A stretch of DNA of 63,878 nucleotides, counting the filler, from Reclinomonas americana ATCC 50394 (Eukaryota), in the NCBI GenBank assembly GCA_048213135.1. It is 7 parts of 3 records of this genome, joined end to end, with 100 filler letters (N's around TTAATTAATTAA, not from the genome) between each part and the next. Parts side by side here need not be neighbours in the genome. Positions count along the whole stretch, not along the records: positions 2,231 to 21,482 come from PS015447.1; positions 21,583 to 26,027 come from PS015447.1; 5 more parts are not named here. One strand, given 5' to 3'. The notes beneath the pieces are model-generated. The model had not been told where the DNA came from and ran no database searches. It worked only from the letters and a program-made list of their open reading frames with translations. The position numbers and the translations under genes were made by a program. Shown here one piece after another: positions 12,501 through 24,563 of the stretch. Position 1 is the first letter of the stretch. Every line of letters starts with the position of its first letter.

Positions 12501-13763
12501 TCCTGCTGCACGAGCTGTGAGGAGCGCACGCCAGAGTCGACGGTGCCGTTCTTGTACTCGTGCAGGCGCGTGCGCAGCCGCTCATTCTCCGCCGTCAGCT
12601 CATCCACCTGCTTGCGCAGATGGTGCGCTTCGTCGGCGGCGTCATCGAGTTGTTCACGCAGATCAGCCGCCGACTCGGTGGCCACCGACAGCTGTAACCG
12701 GAGCGAGTCTTTCTCCTGGTAACTGTCCTCCAGCGCCAACTGCATCTCGGTGAGCAGGTCGCTGGAGACCGCCGCCGCCGCCGCCGCCCCCGCTACATCG
12801 GCATCATCGCGCCGAGCAGCACGCGCCGCCGTGAGCGCCTGCTGTAATTGCACAATCTGCCGACCACGCGCGCGATCAGTGCCGACGACACACTCGCGTC
12901 ACAGCACATGCAGCACACGCACCACGGCACGCTGTGCAGCCACCTCCTCGGCCAACAACTCAGCGCGTCGCGAGGATGACGATGACGACGACGGCGACGC
13001 ATCCGCTGCGGCTCGGCTCTGGATGACAATGAGTTCATCCATCGGAATAACATACAGCTCGACAGACAGCTGTCGACACGCACCGGACTCTTGGCCGCAC
13101 CCCCGGCTGCCGCGGACTTTTGCCGCGATCCACTACCAGCACCTTGCGCTACGCAAAAGAGCAAAAAAGCAGGCAGGCCGTGTGAGCATACGCGCCACTC
13201 AGGGGGAAGCAATCGAACAAAACCCACCCTGGCCCATCTTTCTTCGCAAGTACTCGACCACCGCCGTGCGCCCGTGCTTCTCGGCCGTATCCAACGCCGT
13301 CTTGCCCTTGTTGCTACGCGCATTCAGCAGCGACACACCGTGATTACGCACGAGGTACTTGACAACATCGAGGTGGCCGCACGAGGCCCCGAGATGCAAC
13401 GCCGTCTTGCCCTTGTCGGTGGCGCGCATCACCAGCTGCGGCCGCTCTCGACACAAGTACTCCACTGCAGCAGTGTGCCCATTGGAGGCCTGCCCCCACA
13501 CAGACACCAGTGAGAACGCAAGCACACAACGCAGTGAGAGAGACACAGAAACACACCGCACGATGCAATGCTGTTTGACTATACTTGTCCATGCTGCGCA
13601 ATCATCACATGTGAGCAACAGTGAGAGAAGACGCGATGAGTGGCACGACACGCACCTCTCCAGCACCGCCTTGCCATGCTCACGCGCCAGAGCTCGCAGC
13701 TGCTCAACGTTCCCATCGCGCCCAGCAACACGCACTTGCCGACCTCTACAAAACACACTGTTC

Positions 13764-13802
<39 letters not shown>

Positions 13803-13836
13803 CATGATAGAGAGGGAGACGCAACACTGAGGCCAT
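9508..13836 (-). CDS. Ankyrin repeat + coiled-coil + IRAK/Pelle(RLCK)-like kinase + C-terminal RING finger protein (spans two N gaps)
   Basis: ANK repeats (GKTALHLGASCGHLDVVKYLV), coiled coil at about 12360-12860, kinase motifs (EGGQAAVYRG, VVVK, HRDIKPDNIL, DLGIA, ADVYSLGLVLMQLFTGK) and a RING end (PCSHQVLCHSCA...CPLCRRTI); likely ATG at 13836. Confidence 0.75.
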
Positions 13837-13973
13837 CCTCTCTCACAGTCAACTATGTCGGATAATCAGATCCGACAACACAATGGAATGGATCTTCGTT
13901 TATACGCGACGCTCGCCTTTGTTCATTACACGTCTTTCTCTCTTCTCTCATGCTTTCTACAGGAATGTGCTGA

Positions 13974-14288
13974 TTACAACTTGGAGACCATCATATCGAC
14001 GAGCAATCGTCGCCACACGGGTTCGGGGAGACCGCGCGCACGCAGGCGCTCAGCAATCTCCTGCTTCAACTCGGTGGGAAGCAGGCGCACAGGCCCACAC
14101 TCTTGCACGCTCTCGCCTTGTGTCACTGGTGCGGAGGATGACGAGGAGGCAGCGTCATTGTCATTGTGCAGCTCGCGAAGGATCTCTGAGGCCGCTGGAA
14201 ATGCTGCGCGCGTGTCTCTCTGTGAGTGAGTGTGAGACTGAGGGGAAGCGCAGTGTGACAGACCAAACGCTGGCCGCTCCTCTGTCAT
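13974..14288 (-). CDS. Small hypothetical protein (~90-104 aa), head-to-head with the secretin-like gene
   Basis: ORF MTEERPAF...AFPAASEILRELH...LLPTELKQEIAERLRARGLPEPVWRRLLVDMMVSKL*, with a probable short intron near 14217-14263. Confidence 0.5.
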   Translation of the reverse strand: MTEERPAFGLSHCASPQSHTHSQRDTRAAFPAASEILRELHNDNDAASSSSSAPVTQGESVQECGPVRLLPTELKQEIAERLRARGLPEPVWRRLLVDMMVSKL

Positions 14289-14328
14289 GCATTCGCCAGA
14301 GACAATCGCAATGAGTCACTGCTTGAGA

Positions 14329-15052
14329 ATGGCGTGGGGTGAGCGCGCGTCTTCTCTCTTTCTCCACCTTCGCTTGCTCCACTCACTTGTGTGCGTGTGT
14401 CTGTGTGTGTGCACAAAGATCGTCGCAACACACGCAATCCATCGCTGTATGACACGCGCGCCCTGATGGACCCTCAGTTGCGAGCGTGTCTTCCACTCGC
14501 TCACTCGTTGCACACTGTCTCTCTCACACGCACACCCTCACAGAGCACCATATGTCGCACAGCAGCGCGACCGGTACACCAACATGTTTGATCCACGGTT
14601 GCGTTCCCGCTCGCTTTCTCTTCTGCTCTCTCTCTCTCTCGCTCACTCTTTTGCACTCTTGCAGGAGTCGCTACTTTGAGGACTTCCCGTACCGCGAGCG
14701 GGCGACGTACTCTCGCGGCTCGGCCCTCGGCAATCCCGATTTCGGCAACTTCCGCTTCCGCAAGGGCTACTCGGCCGAGCTCACGCTGCGCGACGGCGAA
14801 ACGGCCATGTTGTCGGGCGACTCGCGCAGCAAGTCGTACCGCACGCACTACTCGCCCGAGTACCGCTCCTCGTTCTTCTACTCGTGGCTCGGCAAGCTGA
14901 TGCGCCTGCTCTGGCTCGATCGCCTGTTCGGCTTGCATGTCGACACGGTCAAGCATGTCCGCACGCGATCGTATGTGTTTGTCACCGCGCGCATCCTCCC
15001 CGATGCTGCTACGGCCACAGCAGCGCCTTCGCAAGCCTCCGAAGTCTCATAA
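14329..15052 (+). CDS. Secretin-domain (GspD/GspD-like) protein, 169 aa; exons 14329-14338, 14419-14476, 14544-14597, 14665-15052
   Basis: GT-AG splicing gives one continuous ORF. The C-terminal part SAELTLRDGETAMLSG...SWLGKLMRLLWLDRLFG...VRTRSYVFVTARIL follows the secretin consensus TxVxVxDGETxVLGG...PxLGxIPxLGxLF...RxELLIFITPRII. Confidence 0.72.
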
Positions 15053-15211
15053 ACATCGGTCGAAGTTGTCCGGTCCGTCCGTCTTCATCGCGTCCGTCGT
15101 CGCTTGTCTCCATCCCGCGCTCGCGCACTCCCCGCTGTCTGTGTCTGTTCCCGCACCTCCACTTGTGTGGCTGGTGGTGGCGAGCACAGAGCACAAGAGA
15201 AGAGAAGAAAG

Positions 15212-18146
15212 ATGGGCACCAAGGGTTCGAAAGCCTCGCCCGACCTCAACTACTACACGCCGACTGGCCTCTACCCGTCGTGCCCGTGGGATGACAAGCA
15301 GGTCAAGTCTCTCTCTCTCTCTCTTCCTCCGTCACACGCACGCACACGAATAGGAGCTGAAAAAACTCCACGCGCACCTCACACACAGGTAAAGAAGCTG
15401 GTCACTCGTCAGCGTGTGGCGCCGCGGTGGCCTGGCAAGCAGGAGCGCTCAGCAGAGGCGGGCGAGGAGTGTCCCATTTGCTATCTCGTTGCGTGGTGGA
15501 ATGACTTCTGAGTGCGCGCGCGCGCGGACATCTCGCTCTCCGGGCTCCGGCGTTTTCGCGCACGCCATTCTCTCTCTCTCTCTTTCTGTGTGTGCATTGT
15601 GCGTGTGAGTGTCGTCTCTCTTGTGGTGTCTTGTCAATGTGCGCATGTGCAAAAAAAAGGTGCGGTTGCGAATGATCTCTGTTGCGCGTTCTCCGTCTTC
15701 GGCGCATCAGTGTCATCATTATCAATCGAGAATAGTCACTGGCCACACTCATTGCACATCTCACTCACTTCATTCTTCATCTTGCAGGCGTATCCAGCGC
15801 TCAACACATGCACGTGCTGTCGGCAGACGCTGTGCACTGGTCAGTCAGTGTGTCTTGTCTCTGTCTGATTCGTGAGTGCGTGTGCGTGCTCATTTGGCGG
15901 TGTTGGTGGCGGCGCAGAGTGCTACTTGCAAGTGAAGAGCCCGACGTATCCTGCGGCCTCCGAGTGCCCGTTCTGCAAGAAGCGGAACTTTGACGTCAAG
16001 TACTTTGGCGTGCGAGCGCTGGAGGAGCGAGTGAAGGAGGAAGAGGTCGGAACCTCGATCTCTCTCTCTCTCTCTCGCTTACAGTGGTGATGGCGTTTCT
16101 TATTTGGTGTTTTGTGTGCAGGAACTGTTGCGAGTACAGGAGCTGCAGCGCAAGGCGCGTGAGTTGCAGGAGGAGGAGCGGCAGCGGAAGCGCGCCCAGT
16201 CACTACGCTCCAGTGCGAGTCCTGTGGCCGGTGTTGCGGGTTCGCCGGCCTCGGTGGGCAGTGCCGATGCCTCTTTTGATCCCACCGAGTTTGGTTTCTC
16301 CAGTCGCGAGGGCTACGAAGCGGGTGCGTAGACACCGTCCTCGAGACGTGCTGTGCACTCCATTGCGCTCACACGATTGGTATGACACACGCAGCACGGA
16401 ACGCGGCACAAAGTGTGCGAGTGCCGCCGCCGGGCATTATTGAGATTGGTGGGCGCTCACGACGCCACCGCTCGCACCGGGAGCACTCGGGTGGTGGCGG
16501 CAGCGGCAGCCGCTCCCATCGACACTCGTCTCGCCGTGCCTCGCGCGATGCAGTGGTGCGTTGTTGTTGTTTGCCGGTGCTGACTTGGTCCTTCCCCCAT
16601 CACCAGGAATACTCATGCTGGTGTGTGTGTGTGTGTGTGTGTGTGTTGTCGCGTCGGCAGCAGCAACAGCAGGCGGATGATGTGATGCAACTCTCATTCA
16701 ATGTCGGTGATTATATTCCCGAGAGCCTGCGTGACATGGCGCGCACGTTGCCGACAGGCATGGATGTGGACTACGAATCTGCCATGCTCTCCGAAGCCAT
16801 TCGCCTGTCCATCTTGGCGGCGCAAGAGGACGCTGCTCGTACCGAACAGCAGCAACAACAGCAACAGCAGCAACAACAACTGGCGGAGGGCTCTGCGGAG
16901 CTGCAATTACAGTCGCCGCAATTGGAGTCGGAGAAGGCCGTGCGAGTGCGAAAGGAGGAAGAGGAAGACGACGAGGACGATGGTAGTCACATTTTTGGTG
17001 GTGACGCAGTTACGCGGGCAATTGCACAGAAACTGTCGTCGAGGGACGATGAATCGTTGACGCGGTTACGACGGGGCGATACTGGCGCGCCGAGCGACGA
17101 GCAGCACGTGGATGCAATGTTCTATTTGCGAGCCGTCGCGGCGGCGCATCAGGCGGCAGAGGCCGCACGACACCCAGGTATGGATGGACCGCTGTCATTC
17201 TTGCCGGAGATGTGCGTACGTGTTGACTGTATTTCTTATGCAGCCGTGGTCACCATGCCGTCGGCATCGCCGCTTGCTGAATCACCGCTTGATGCGGCCA
17301 CAATGCCGGGATCCGCAGGCGCTCTTGCTGTTGCTGTTGCGTTTGCCTTGTGCGCGCGGGCAACCGTCTTTCCATTTCTCACACACTCTGCAGGAGAAGC
17401 TCGATGGCCCGGCTTATGGCGGCGACGAGGCAGGCTCGTCGCTGTCGAATTCACCACGCGACAGCACGGCTCGCCTGCGGTCGGCCAGTCTGTCGTCGCA
17501 GTCGACCAAGCCGAAGGCCGGTCTGTTGGGCACCATGTCGCAGGAAATCACCTCGTCGTCGCCAACCTCGGAGGGTCTGACGACGGGCAAGGAGGATGGG
17601 GAGCACTCACCAAAGGGTGCGTCGGGCTTCACTGTGCCTGGTCTGGCCGACGATTTTGGTGTGGTCGACGAGGACATGGGCGATCGGGATGCGGTACGTG
17701 TGTGTGTGCGTGTGCGTGCGCGTGTGCGATGCTGTAACTCACCGGTGTCATTCCGCCGAACAGCGCGAGGAGCTGCCTCTTAGTGGCCTGTTGATGTCGC
17801 AGAATCCGGCCGTGATGACTCTGCCTCCCACTGGTCGTCGGAGAAGTAGCAGCACGTCTCCGATTGCTGAGCGACGGACGGGAAAACTGGAAGAGGGTTC
17901 GCTTCGCCGTTTCTTCTTTTTCTCGTCGTGCGGCTTCGCGTGCGCTCACCGTGTGTGACAGGTGTCGCCGCCTCGTCAGCATCTTCGTCAACCCCGCCAC
18001 CACCACCACCACCACTGCCACCCGGTGCCTTGCGGCCCAGTGCCAGTGTGGAAGGCGGTGCTGCTGCCCACGGTAGCGACGATGAAGAGGAGGACGAGGA
18101 GGCCATTCTTGCGCTGGCAATCGCCATGTCGCTGCGTGAATCATGA
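15212..18146 (+). CDS. DA2/GW2 (Sip5)-like RING E3 ubiquitin ligase with UIM-like motifs
   Basis: MGTKGSK...PTGLY...VKKLV...APRWPG...ECPICYLAYPALNTCTCCRQTLCTECYLQVK...CPFCK, followed by a coiled coil; UIM-like MLSEAIRLSI and ILALAIAMSL. Confidence 0.85.
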
Positions 18147-18319
18147 TAGAGATTGCTGCGGTTCCCCGCCCGCCCTCCCTTTGTCTCTCTCTCTCTCTCT
18201 TTTTGTTGTTTGTTTGGTTTGTACGTCGCGCGGTTGCTGTCTCGTCGACGGTGTGTTTGTGTGGATTCAGAAAAAGAAGAAGAAGAAGAACAGAAAAGTG
18301 TATTGTTTTCTCTGGTGTG

Positions 18320-19534
18320 CTACTGCAAAGGTGTGGTCGATGCGCACGTGTTGCTGTCGTCGGCGGTCACATTCAGTGGCACCACTCCCACCGTGACATT
18401 GTCGTCGGCGTGCGGTGCGGTGACGGCGCTCTTGGCGAGGAAGAGCGCCAGGCTGTCGCAGTTCGCGTCGCTCATACTGGCGTATTCGTCGATCAGGCGC
18501 GCAACCGCATTCGCGTCCAACGCATCCCACAAACCATCGGTGGCCACCAGGAGGCACACATCGCGGCGAGTGACCTTGTACTCCACAATGTCCGGCTCGG
18601 GGATGACGAATGGGCGGAGGTAGCGATCGCCGATGGCGCGTGTCGCAGCCAGGACGCCTTGCACGCGAAGGATGCCGCACGGCTGTGCAGGACGCAGGTA
18701 CCCACCCGGCAGCGCCTCGATGCGCTGCCTCTCGCTCTTCTCCGTCGGCGAGTGCAGGCGGGTGAGCCACTCCAACTTGAAACCGGGTCCGTGTGATCGA
18801 CGGCGGACGACGGCACACCGACTAACGCACAGTGTCTGAGTATGCAAGGCTCTCTCTCTCTCTCACCCTTCCTCACACTCACCTGTCGCCCGTGTTGGCC
18901 ACCAAGCACACGTCGGGACGCGTTGGGTGGATGGCGACAACACACGCTGTCGAGCCGATATTGCTGGGTGGCGCCTCGCAATTGTTGAATCGCAAGCCGC
19001 CCGCACGAACAACGCGCGCAGCAAAGAACCGCTCAAAGTCCTCGTCGAGTTGTACGAGTGCGGCACTCAGCACCGCCCTGTGAATGTCGCACGGTGCTGT
19101 CACGAGGAGAAAACCAGCGAGCGAACAAGCAAGAAGCAAACAAACAGCTGCACCCTGTACACGAGGAGGCACTGGGTTGCAGCTTGGCCTCAGCTGCCAG
19201 CGGCAGGCGATCGCGCAAAAAGGTCGAGCACATGGAACCGTTGTGTCCGTCAAATACAGCATAGAGCTCTGCAATCCTCACACATGAGGAACGACTCGAA
19301 TTGGACATTTGCGATCGACGTCAAACGCAAGCACCGCATCCGTTGGACAGCGTGACCGCGGTATGCGCGTCCTCCTGATACGGGCGGCTACCGATAAGAG
19401 AGGCGAACTGTTCGTGCGAGAATCGCAGACGGGCAACCTGCATTGGCGTCTGGAAGCACACATGTGTAAGCGGCAAGATTGCATTGGGATCGGAACAACG
19501 CGTTCACCTTTGGCGACGAGTTCGTGGAGCCCAT
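18320..19534 (-). CDS. Protein phosphatase 2C (PPM family)
   Basis: GSRPYQEDAH, YAVFDGHNG, GSTACVV, VANTGD, LAATRAIGD, LLVATDGLWD and DDNVT motifs. Confidence 0.93.
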
Positions 19535-20197
19535 GGTGATGGCGGTTGTCTGTTGTCGGCGCACGTGACGCGATCAAGAAGGGTGTGTGGTGATGTAGAG
19601 TGGGAACGGGGCAAAAAGCGGAGAGCGAGGAGGAAGTGATCATGTCACAACATGGAAAGTGAAAAAATAAAGAACACGTCGGAATCGTCCAGACAACCTA
19701 CATCGAATGATCGCATAGGACACACAATAGCGCACGACGGGTAGTTGAATAAGCACCACACTTGTTTCATTTTGCGGAAGAAGAAAACAAACGACAAGAA
19801 GAGAGGACAAGAATGCCGAAAAAAACTGAGGAAATGCCCGAGAGCGAAAAACAACAATCCACTACAGAAAATCGTGGAGAGAGCCACACGAGGGGGGACA
19901 AGAGAAAAAACAAGGAGAGCATGTTCTGCGGCGGATCCCTATCAGGAGACCAAAACGTGAGCACTGCCCGAAACACGAGCAAGCTGCACCCACCGCAAAA
20001 ACAACAACAATCCTCCATCCTCCTCCTCCCCTCAGCGGTAACACACACAATCCACGCTCCACAGCAGACGCCGTCGCCGCCNNNNNNNNNNNNNNNNNNN
20101 NGGCAACACACAGCTGCTCCAGCCACCCCTGCCACTCCACCCACCGCCTGCTCGCCCCTGCCTCATCCGGAAGGGAGTGAGGGTCTCTGTGTTGGGT

Positions 20198-21312
20198 TTA
20201 GTTCATGCGGCGGATCAGCGAGTTGATGTACTCCTCGCGGTTGCCGGCATCGCCACCCTCCACAAAGTGAGTCTTCTTGTAGCTGAAGCCACCACGGGGG
20301 GAGTTGAGCTTGAACGGCCACAGGAAGTTGGAGCAGCGAGTGAAGTTGGGTCCCACAGTGACCAGCTCGTGAATGAGGTCCTCGACAGACTGGATGCCGA
20401 ATGAGCCCAGTGCCTTGTCGATGATGGAGTTGTCGGTGAGCGGCACGCGCTGCTTGTTGACCTTGAAGTAGCCGCGCTTGTAGACGAGCTCGCGGACGGT
20501 CTTGAGGTTGGGGTAGCCGTACGCAATGTAGGGCTCGACCAGGCGCAGCATCTTGAGAGTGGACTTGTTGACCTTGATGAGCACGGCAGTGTTGATCTGG
20601 CGCAGGCGCAGCAGCTGCAGGATCTTGCGCTGCTTGGGTGGCACACCAATCAGACCGCGGATGCGGACGACAATCGCCAACTTGGCATCGTCCTCCTTGT
20701 AGACGTTGCCGCCGCGCTTGGCCACACGGCGCAGCTGGATCTTCTGTTGCTCCACCTGGCGGTACTCCTTCACATACTGCTCAGCCTTCTTGAAGATGGC
20801 CTTTCGCTTCTGCTTGCGCTCCTATTGTGCGGCAAACGAGCAATCACGCACGTGTTAAAAACTCAAATCACCATGCCATGCGTTTCTCTCCCCTCTCTCA
20901 CTCCTCACCTTCTTCTGTGCGACAGCAGCCTTCGTGCGGCGCTCAGTGAGCTTCTTGAGGGTGGCGATCTTCTTCGCGTATGAAGCGGGGACGGGTCTGC
21001 ACACCAAAAGAGAGAGAGAGAGCAATCAGTACATCATGACACCAGTCAGTCCACGCCCCCTCTTTCATGCTCGACACTGTCTCCCACCCACTTCCACACA
21101 CAACAGCGCACACGAGCGGGAGAGGAGGGGAGAGGGCGGGGGGAAGAGAGCGGGCATGTGCATGCGCGCATGTCATGTGGGGGCGCCATCGACACACGCA
21201 CAAGCACACACACAAGACGCGACCACACACGCTGTCTGTCTCCACAATATACATTCGCTGCTATGCTTGTGTGCGTGTGTGCGACGGAAACGACGGATAC
21301 GCACCCCGACAT
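20198..21312 (-). CDS. RPL7: 60S ribosomal protein L7 (uL30)
   Basis: [10 protein letters not shown]...[12 protein letters not shown]...[24 protein letters not shown]...[11 protein letters not shown]...[23 protein letters not shown]; first exon ATGTCGGG at 21312. Confidence 0.96.
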
Positions 21313-21583
21313 TTGCTCGTGTGTGGTGTGGTGAGTGAGTAAGGAAACCGGTTGATTGGGGTGGAGTGGTGGAAATTCGTTGCTTAGTTATCTCTTCACG
21401 CACGTCGTTCGTGAGAAAGCACTGCCATGGCACACAGCAGCATGAGTATGGGCGCAGGCTCGGACCTGGAGAGCGCGTTTGGNNNNNNNNNNNNNNNNNN
21501 NNNNNNNNNNNNNNNNNNNNNNNNNNTTAATTAATTAANNNNNNNNNNNNNNNNNNNNNNNNNNNNNNNNNNNNNNNNNNNNC

Positions 21584-21927
21584 CAGAACGGCTACTCACC
21601 CGAGGACAAGTACTGCCCGTTCTACAAGCTGGTGTGGATGGTGCGCAACATGATCACGTTCTACCAGGAGGCACGCAAGGGTGAGTTATATTGTGTTTGC
21701 ACACCGTGGTCACTCTGGCGTCTGCTGAACCGTCTTCTTCGTGTGTAGCCATTGAGCAAGACAAGATCCGCTGGGCCACCATCAAGTCGCGCATGCCATG
21801 GGCACTGGACGAGCTGAAGAAGATGAAGTTTGCGAACCCGCACGACGGACAGGAGAAGCTGGAGGGTGACTTCCGCAACATGTTGGAGCGCATGCAGACG
21901 GCATTCCGCAGCCTCGAGGAGGACTAA
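21584..21927 (+). CDS. ATP6V1A: V-type ATPase catalytic subunit A, 3' end only
   Basis: [27 protein letters not shown]...IRWATIK...MKFANPHDG...[11 protein letters not shown]. Confidence 0.92.
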
Positions 21928-22174
21928 AAAGACGCGAGTGGGGGAGATTGTAGAACCGAACTCCGTCTGCTGTGGCGTTTCCTCTTTTGCGTCGTCGTCG
22001 TCATTTTGTGCCGTTTTTAGTGATGGTGGTTGGCGGGGTGTGTGTGTGTGTCTGTGTTGGACGCGGTAGCTGGCGTGATTTCTCGATTCTCGCACTCTTT
22101 TTTCTTCGCTTTCGTTTTGCTCTTTCATCTTGTTCGGAATGTGTATACTCGTTTACTTCAAAGTGGTTGTTGCG

Positions 22175-24456
22175 TCATCGCTGTCCTTCAAACAGTCGAC
22201 GTCGCTCGGCAACGCTCATACTCGAGAGGTCCCGCCCGTCGTCCACTGCCCGGTTCACACCGAAACGCGCTGGCAGACGAGCTGTGCCAAGGACACTCGT
22301 GTCGTGAGTTCACCCGTGCACGTGATAACCATCAGTGCGGCGCATACGCAACTGGAGACGTGCACCAGGTTCTGGATCGCGGCCTCGATTTCCGAAGGCC
22401 GATTTTCCTCTCTCGGCCACTCACGAGCGGGCACCGTCGGTCGCGTCAGCGATTGTTGGCGCAGGGACTCGCCGAACGAGATCACCGCCGAGAGGGAGGT
22501 GGGAAGTTGGTCCACGGCGTTGCGCACCGCGTTTGCCGTGTCGGCATCGTACAACTCGGGGACCATGGCGTCCGTGTACCGCACGATCTGGCTGACATAA
22601 TCCGGGTCCGGATGTGCGTCCACTCGGCGCGGTGGCGCCGGCAGGTCCTGCAGCATGGGGTCGAGTGGCGGCACAAACTGACGTCGGCTGGCCGGCTGTG
22701 ACGATGGTGCAGCAATCTCGGCAGCCGGTGGCGACACGGGCTCTTCGCCTCGGACGGGGGAGAGGGCAGAGGGTGGATGTGAGCTCGGCTGCAACGCCTC
22801 ACAGAGCCACACCAGTTGGTACTCGAACATCGATCGCCGCAACTCGTTCCTCACATCCGCATCAGCTGCGCAGACGGATCAGACGTGAAACGAGACAGCA
22901 CCACAGCGAGGATCTTCACGCAACAGTCGTCGTCGCTGGGCGGCGCCGTATCCAACGGCAGAGACAGGCAGGTGGCCAGAGTCATCTGCTGCTCCGCTGC
23001 CGCGCTGCCGCTCACCAGTGACGCGCGCATGCGAATGTCCGCCGCCTCCGCGTGAGTTCGCATCAGCAGCGGAATGTGCCGTACATCGGGGCAGGTGAGA
23101 GGGGCCAGCGGGATACGCACGCGCAATCCGTCGGCATCTTCGTCGATAGGACCCGGCGAGTAAATTGACTCGACGTAATCGGCGACCCGCTGCGGTTCGC
23201 CAGTGACAGCATGCACAACTTCCAGCACAATGTGGGCGCGCGGATGGAACACGGATTGCAGACTGGAGATAATGTTCCAGAACGCCAAGCGCAGTTCGTC
23301 AAATGTACGAATGTCAAAATGCCTGCCCCACGGAAACCGTCGGCGCACAAGCGACAAGTATGTGGCTCCCAGATCGGCAAACTCCATGTCGTAGAAACCC
23401 ATCGTGTAGACGGCAATCTCCTCTACTGGCATCTTCAGCTCTGCCACCATGCGATCCAACTGTCGCTCAAAGGAGCGCAACGACACTGCGTCGACACCGT
23501 CGTTCATGGTCGGGTGGCCGTCGGTGAGGAACAGAACCACGGGATGACGATTCTGCACGCAACAACGCACACATAATCCACAATGAGTGCATGTAATGCA
23601 TACAGAGAAAGCAGTCGATGCCCTGACGAACCATGCCCGTCTCTCGGCGTCGACGGGCCGCCTGCTCACACGCATTCAGAATACCATTGTACAGCGCGTC
23701 GAGAAACGCGTCTGTGCTGTAGCCGGCGTCGGTGGGCAAGCTGCTCATCCAATCCAGCATCGACTGCACCGTGCGGAGCGTTTGCTCCCGGTGCACTTCG
23801 TCGGGCGAGTTCATCGACGAGAACGGCAGCACCTCCACCACTCGACCGGCATACGCAATCACCGTGGCGTCGTGCTTCCCGGCCTCCACAAACACTTGTT
23901 CTGTTGTTTCGGGCCGGCGTCTCATGAGGGATCGCGTGCGTTTCGCTGGCAGACAAAGGAGCGACAGAGAGAGAGAGAGACGCACACACACCGACATGAT
24001 CGAGGAGGAAAAGGCGGAGTGTTTCAGTGACCATGTGCAGCTTGGTGTAGCCCTCGTCGGGTGTGGCATCGTACATGGATGCACTGCGATGCATGCGATC
24101 AACACGATGAGAGGAAGAGCGGGAGAGAGTGGAAGTGAGAAACGAAACCTCATGTCGAGCACAATCGCCATATCACATCCCTGGCGACTTGTGAATGAGC
24201 ACACGCACACACACACTCTCTCATATGCACAAGTGTTGCCACTCACTGGTGCCTCGTAGGCTACTGGCGCTGCTGCGCTGGCGCCCGCCGGAGCGTCGAC
24301 AGTGAGTGTGATCAGATCGTGCACACGGCCACCGACGCGCGCGTGACGTATGTTCAGTCGAGCACTCTGTGTGTGCACGTGCTCAGTCAGAGAGGGAGGA
24401 GAGGAGGAGAGAAGAGGTTGGAGGTGACGAGTGCTACACACATCCATCGTACTCAT
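22175..24456 (-). CDS. von Willebrand factor A (vWA) domain protein, multi-exon (3' end approximate)
   Basis: Spliced MIDAS motif DMAIVLDMSASM, plus VVLFLTDGHP and VYTMGF, typical of vWA domains. Confidence 0.75.
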
Positions 24457-24563
24457 TGTTGGCGTGTGTGGGTTTGGTTTTGTCAATGAATGAAAGGTTG
24501 ATTGGCGGACGGGGCGGCGTGAAGTGACTGACTGACGCGCGTGGCGTGACTTCGTGTTTTCGT

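Noticed and set aside
20998..21304. Possible snoRNA in the first intron of RPL7
   Set aside because: No convincing C/D or H/ACA box arrangement is visible.
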